Shown: positions 51,515 through 64,000 of the stretch, piece by piece
Layout of the letters: each line of letters opens with the position of its first letter
How positions within the stretch are numbered: the first letter of the stretch is position 1
Source of the DNA: Amoebidium appalachense
Lineage: Eukaryota; Protista; Ichthyosporea
Direction: 5' to 3'
Assembly: GCA_963693365.1 (NCBI GenBank)
Contig: CAVNZM010000001.1
Location: forward strand, 17,966,783 to 18,030,782
Length of the DNA: 64,000 nucleotides
Notes under the pieces: generated by a model
Seen by the model: only the letters and a program-made list of their open reading frames with translations
The model's database searches: none
What the model was told of the DNA's origin: nothing
Program-made: the position numbers and the translations under genes

Positions 51515-51729
51515 CTAGTGGGGTCCCCACGGCGATGTGGGCCCACTCTCGGTTAAAATATGTTTTTGTGTACACCGTAGGGTATATAGCCTAATTTCTG
51601 ACACCAAGCGAAGCTTCTCCATGATGTGGCTTTTCGCAGTCACCGATTGCTGAAGAGTCAGGCTCGCTCTCGGGCCTCGCTGCGCTCGCCCCGCGGCTTG
51701 CCCTCGTTTCTTTTCCTCTATTTTTTGGA
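51515..51729 (-). mobile_element. Small Helitron-like non-autonomous element
   Basis: Minus strand starts A|TCCAAAAAATAGAGG and ends with hairpin cccac-atcgcc-gtggg followed by CTAG. The 5' end sequence is repeated just downstream (about 51484-51510). The base after CTAG is A, not the canonical T. Confidence 0.45.
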
Positions 51730-53020
51730 TAAATAATCAATCACTCTCAAATGAATAAACGAGATATAACAGATATTCTCACAGCGAAGAGAGAATTTTA
51801 CTCTGGGACACGTTGAAGCTTCAGACATATTAAATTTTATAATCTTTATGTGGCACGCGCTGAAGAGCTTGGATGTATCACTTGCGAATTGAAGTCTGTG
51901 TATGTCACGTGACACATGTGTACATGTACGTGTACGTGGTGACGAGTCCAAAATTCGTATATCCCGCCTATTGTTGAGCCATGGCAACCCCCCCCCCCCC
52001 CCCCCAAAAAAAAAAATAAAAAAATAAAAAATAAAAAAATAAAAGCCCCCGGTGGTACACACACGTAGTACACACACACGCACACACCTTCCACCCACAC
52101 CTCCCATACACGTCGCAGACACACGCCTATGCAGACATAAACACAGACACCCGCACAAACACAAAGTCACGACACCCAACCATCTACTGTAAACCACGTG
52201 CATTAACACTGTAATGGATATCCACGCCCGTGCCATGCCATACCAAGTGAGACATGTGACATTCTGATACACATAATTTAGTTATCCAAGAAAGTTACTT
52301 GCCTACAAACTTGCATACACAAAGACACAAATTGCAAAAGTTTACGCACTAATATTAGTTTATTGGTCGGTGTGGTCGAAAGCACATCTCAGTGCAGTGC
52401 TACTCAATAGGAAACGAAACGAAACTTTCTTTGTGCAAACGAGATCAGTCTGAAGAGCTTTTTTTCTTTTAATAGAGCTCTGAACCCACCCAAAGGCGCG
52501 TACGCCGGCGGATTGATCGTGAAAACGGACAAAACCAAGGAAATTCTAAACAACAGCCCATATATATGCGACACATGCAGCAAAGTGCTGGGGGGAAAAA
52601 AATGATTGCCGGCAAGCATTGGATCCCACAATATTTCGGCTGCTTTTAATATTTATTCATGTATGGCTAGGTTGGTGGAAACTTTGCAGCACATCCGGGG
52701 CAAACTAAATTTAGGAAGCATGAGTAAGGAACTAAACATATGCATGTTTGCTTGGATCAATCCAGGTAGTACTGTAGAAGTTACATTCGATGCGTCAAGC
52801 CATATACAGTTCGGTGAAAAACATGGAGAGAAAATGCAAGGAAACCCTTTACGATACATGCGTTGTCGGTAAAGACCCCCCCTCCCCCTGTAACCCCCCC
52901 ACCCCCCCCCCCCTCCCCCTCTCCCCCCCCGTTCGGAGATAGCTGAGAATATGCTGGTTGCATGGATCCCCATCCCCCCCCCCCCCCCCCCCCCCCCCCC
53001 CCGCCCCCCCCGGTGCACCG

Positions 53021-53056
<36 letters not shown>

Positions 53057-53212
53057 GTGCCCTGCCAGGTGTGTACCAGATGGTCGCAAGCCAACAACAT
53101 AACCTAATCAGTCATACACAAGCGGCAAGTAAATTTAATCAATGTAATGCTTTTCGGCCACCCCTCTTTCCTTCTTTCCCTTAAACCTATTAGAGCTAGA
53201 GTCGCTGGCCCA

Positions 53213-60591
<7,379 letters not shown>

Positions 60592-61214
60592 GTTTTCTGT
60601 GCGTGATACCACAGTTGCAAACAAATACAAAATTTAACCAGGCGAGATCCAACTGACTGGATGGTGTGTTGGAAAATATATATATATGGTAGTGGCACGT
60701 ACGCAGCTCGGGGGCTTGATGATAGCCACACGGCGTGGCACAACAGAAACGGACTGTAAAAACACTCGACTTCTTTATGATGACACGAAAGTTGCACATA
60801 TGAATTATAGTGCGTTGCTCTTGTGTATTTTGTAGAAGTTGTGAAGAAGCCTTCGGCCTGTGCCGGACTGTGAGCGAATAATTTACCTTCCTAAAATGGC
60901 ATGTACTATATGATTGGTCAACAGCGCACCTTGATCTCCCTAGATTTGTACACCCTAGAAAACTCCGTCGAACTCGACTACATGTCGCGACGGTAGACGG
61001 TACTCCAGACGGTCTAATGCACATTAGCCGCTGACAGCGCCTCAGTCACCAGCCCTCCTCACACATGCTGCACGCAAGAGATGGCGAGCCACACACAGAC
61101 GCACACACTGCACGCACACACACACATGCACACGTGTACACATGTACATGCACATATTATTATGTATGTATACATGTGCACACGCACTGTGGAAGGCCGC
61201 TAGCTAGGCTTGAG

Positions 61215-61247
<33 letters not shown>

Positions 61248-61305
61248 CTCACAGACGAGGACACAGATCTACAAACACGCGCGCGCGCACGCGCACACAC
61301 ACACA

Positions 61306-61407
<102 letters not shown>

Positions 61408-61550
61408 CACGCTCAAGTTCCGCTATGTTCATGATCACGCAAATACTATCTATACATCTATGGAAACAGGAACTTCAATCGACAATTAAAGTGTCATCTC
61501 ATGAGCTCATGCTGCTGCGACCTGCACAGGGAAATTTACGCACACACACG

Positions 61551-61582
<32 letters not shown>

Positions 61583-62116
61583 GTGTACACACTGCACAAA
61601 CACGCACACACGCACACACACACTGATCTATCTTGCACGCGCACGCACACAGATCGATGGAAAAAGGAACCTCAAACGATGACGTTCCCTCACGTTGCTG
61701 TGGCCTGCGCAACTGGGCGTGGGCAAATGGACCGATAGCTGCTTGTGCAGAGCTAAATTTATAATTCTGAGATGATGCTTTTTTCACATCAACAGCAAAT
61801 ACATCATACGGTACGTAGCCATAGGTACGTACGTATATGTACATACATACAGAATTTGCACAGGCCAATCAGTCACACTGGGCCCCGAAATATTAACAGA
61901 GTTATGTAAATTCAGGATAATATTAGCATTACTTTCCTATCAATCATTATTATACAGAATAATGCACACGGTATTGGGGGCACCCAGGCTATTAAACCAA
62001 AACTACGCATATATATATATACTATATGTATATATACGTACATATTACATTATATAGTACTAGCACTCAGTGAAAAGGTGAGGCAAAATGTGATTCTAAT
62101 CGCGATTTTTTTTAAC

Positions 62117-64000
62117 CTACTCATCCCAGGTGTTGTGGACCCCTGCACCCTGCAGCTCCTTTGAAAAGTCCTCCCACACCTCCATAGCATCTGTAAGCAC
62201 CTGCTGGGTCAGCTCACACTGCCGCTGTTGGCACAGACCTATGGCCAGCCGCATAATGGACCCTACCGCCCTGCCACTGCCTTCAAACCGTGCCAAACGG
62301 TCAAGGTCAAAACTAGAACGCACAAGCAAAGCCACCTCCTCCCGTGACCGCTGCAGCCTCCCGCCGTCTGGCCCCCGTTCATCCGCAAGAACACGACTGA
62401 GTGTGTTTGTCCAAATTTCGCGGCGCCCAGCGACGTCCAAGGGCTCATAGCGGATGGCAAGGGTCACACGACTGAGTGCCGCTGGGTCGAAACTGGCGGC
62501 GCGGTTGGAGGTGATGAACAGAGCCCCGTCAAAGGTCTCCAGCAGCCGCAGCAGCACACCCGTCATGCTGTTAAGCATGAGCTGACCCCGTTGCCGCCTC
62601 TCCACGAGCGCATCTCCCTCATCCAGAAGCACCAGTGCACCCCATTCTGCCGCCAGAGCCAGGACATCTGTGAGCCGCTCCTCCAACTGCGCCACCGAGG
62701 AGCCCAGCTCTGCAAATGAAAGGGAATAGAGGGGGCAGCCAAAGCGTGAGGCCAAAGCCTCCACAGACAGAGTCTTGCCCGTGCCGGGGGGGCCGTACAG
62801 CAGGAACAACACTCCGCCGCCCCTAGAGTCCACAAGGTCGCGAAACTGGTAGCGCGGGGGATTGCTAGGGGAGCGCATGGAGATGGCCATTGCCGAGAGC
62901 ATCTCCTTAGTTTTCGGTGGGAGTACCAACTGGTCCCATGCCTCCTGGCTCGGCAATACGGGGGAGAGGCCGTCAACTAGCACGTGGCCCCATTGCTCGA
63001 TGTTGAGCGAGAAGGCCACCACTGTTGGCCAGGCCACAAGCTCAAACTCCTTTGGCAGCTTGCTCCACACTCGCAACCCCGCCGCCACCAACCGATCGGA
63101 CCGCTGCTTCTGTGCATCTGCATCCTGCACGGCCCTTTGGACGTTGCGCAGGCCCCTGCTGGTCTGCGCAATGGCCATGCCCACCTCGTCCACTGCAGCC
63201 ACAGGCGCATGGCCAAGTTTTAACCCACGAGCCGTGTCGACAATGAGCCGTCCGGCGGATGCAGTGCGCTCTGCAGATGAGGCGCTGCCTAAGCTGTCAC
63301 CCTTGGAACGATGGGGGAAGAAACAACCGGCGCTGTAGTGCTGGTAGGAGTGGGTGGACTTGTTGACCTGTGCTAGGATCTTGGCACGGGTGCAAAGTTC
63401 CTCCACTGCTGCAACGTTGGTGTCTGGCCGCAGCAGCTGGAATGGTAGGTTGGACTGCTCCTTGCCTGCGTCCCAATCTTCGAAGATGAACTCAAACGGT
63501 GCGGCCACAAACTCCCCTGCGAGTGCAACAATCGTTTCTAAAACCAGGTGGAAGGAGTACTTGCGGGCCCCCAGAATGGACTTGATGGACTCGTAGTAGC
63601 AGTCAATGACGCGCAAACCAAGAAGGGTGCCGCCCAGGTCGCCCATCTGCCGTGTCGTCACAACATCGCCCGGGCGGTAGAGCTCTTGCAAGGCCATATA
63701 CTCAACAGTCACGTTTGCGTTGGCACGGGCAGCACGGCCTTCCTCTATCACCGTGGCATACTCTGCTTCAAGAAGCGAAATGATTTCCGCCACACCCTCA
63801 AAGTGCACATGGGTGCGGCCTGAAGCGGAGGGGGCGTATCCGAGAGAGGTTAGGGTTTCGATAAAACGCTGGAAACGATCGGCACGGGCGGGGTTACTTG
63901 CAAGTTCGCCATCGGAAAGGTTGTGCAGATCAGTGGCCTCTGTTAGCAGGCTGCGCAAGCGACCCAGGTGGGCGTAAAGAAAGCCTATGGGCACCTCATC
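62117..64000 (-). CDS. AAA+ ATPase (C-terminal part; gene extends beyond the window)
   Basis: More than 625 open codons. Walker A LLYGPPGTGKT, Walker B LVLLDEGD, sensor ITSNR, and DPAALSRV. No introns in the visible part. Confidence 0.9.
   Translation of the reverse strand, partial: DEVPIGFLYAHLGRLRSLLTEATDLHNLSDGELASNPARADRFQRFIETLTSLGYAPSASGRTHVHFEGVAEIISLLEAEYATVIEEGRAARANANVTVEYMALQELYRPGDVVTTRQMGDLGGTLLGLRVIDCYYESIKSILGARKYSFHLVLETIVALAGEFVAAPFEFIFEDWDAGKEQSNLPFQLLRPDTNVAAVEELCTRAKILAQVNKSTHSYQHYSAGCFFPHRSKGDSLGSASSAERTASAGRLIVDTARGLKLGHAPVAAVDEVGMAIAQTSRGLRNVQRAVQDADAQKQRSDRLVAAGLRVWSKLPKEFELVAWPTVVAFSLNIEQWGHVLVDGLSPVLPSQEAWDQLVLPPKTKEMLSAMAISMRSPSNPPRYQFRDLVDSRGGGVLFLLYGPPGTGKTLSVEALASRFGCPLYSLSFAELGSSVAQLEERLTDVLALAAEWGALVLLDEGDALVERRQRGQLMLNSMTGVLLRLLETFDGALFITSNRAASFDPAALSRVTLAIRYEPLDVAGRREIWTNTLSRVLADERGPDGGRLQRSREEVALLVRSSFDLDRLARFEGSGRAVGSIMRLAIGLCQQRQCELTQQVLTDAMEVWEDFSKELQGAGVHNTWDE

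Overview
Eukaryotic genomic DNA with intron-rich genes whose introns are packed with (CA)n/(GT)n and poly-C/poly-G tracts; almost all short ORFs in the supplied track are microsatellite noise. By hand-splicing GT-AG exons with consistent phase I recover six multi-exon genes: a TSSC4 homologue, an acetyl-CoA transporter (SLC33A1/AT-1, with a tRNA-Phe in one intron), a 15-exon ThiD-ThiE thiamine fusion enzyme, 3-isopropylmalate dehydrogenase (leuB/LEU2), a claudin/PMP22-like tetraspan protein and an RSU1-like LRR protein. Two further genes have intronless coding regions: an EF-hand two-pore K+ channel and an AAA+ ATPase that runs off the window end. An animal-like tRNA-Phe and RSU1 together with leucine and thiamine biosynthesis suggest a unicellular holozoan such as an ichthyosporean (inference only). 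Mobile DNA includes an APE+RT LINE, two TIR elements, a small Helitron-like element and a repeat family embedded in poly-C tracts. The most striking signal is in the LINE. ORF2 is split from its own ATG/WNART start by a 32-nt segment flanked by 7-nt direct repeats, which needs a -1 shift or a bypass. That same segment is 23/25 complementary to the last 25 nt before the element's poly(A) tail, 3.2 kb away, suggesting long-range RNA control of ORF2 translation.
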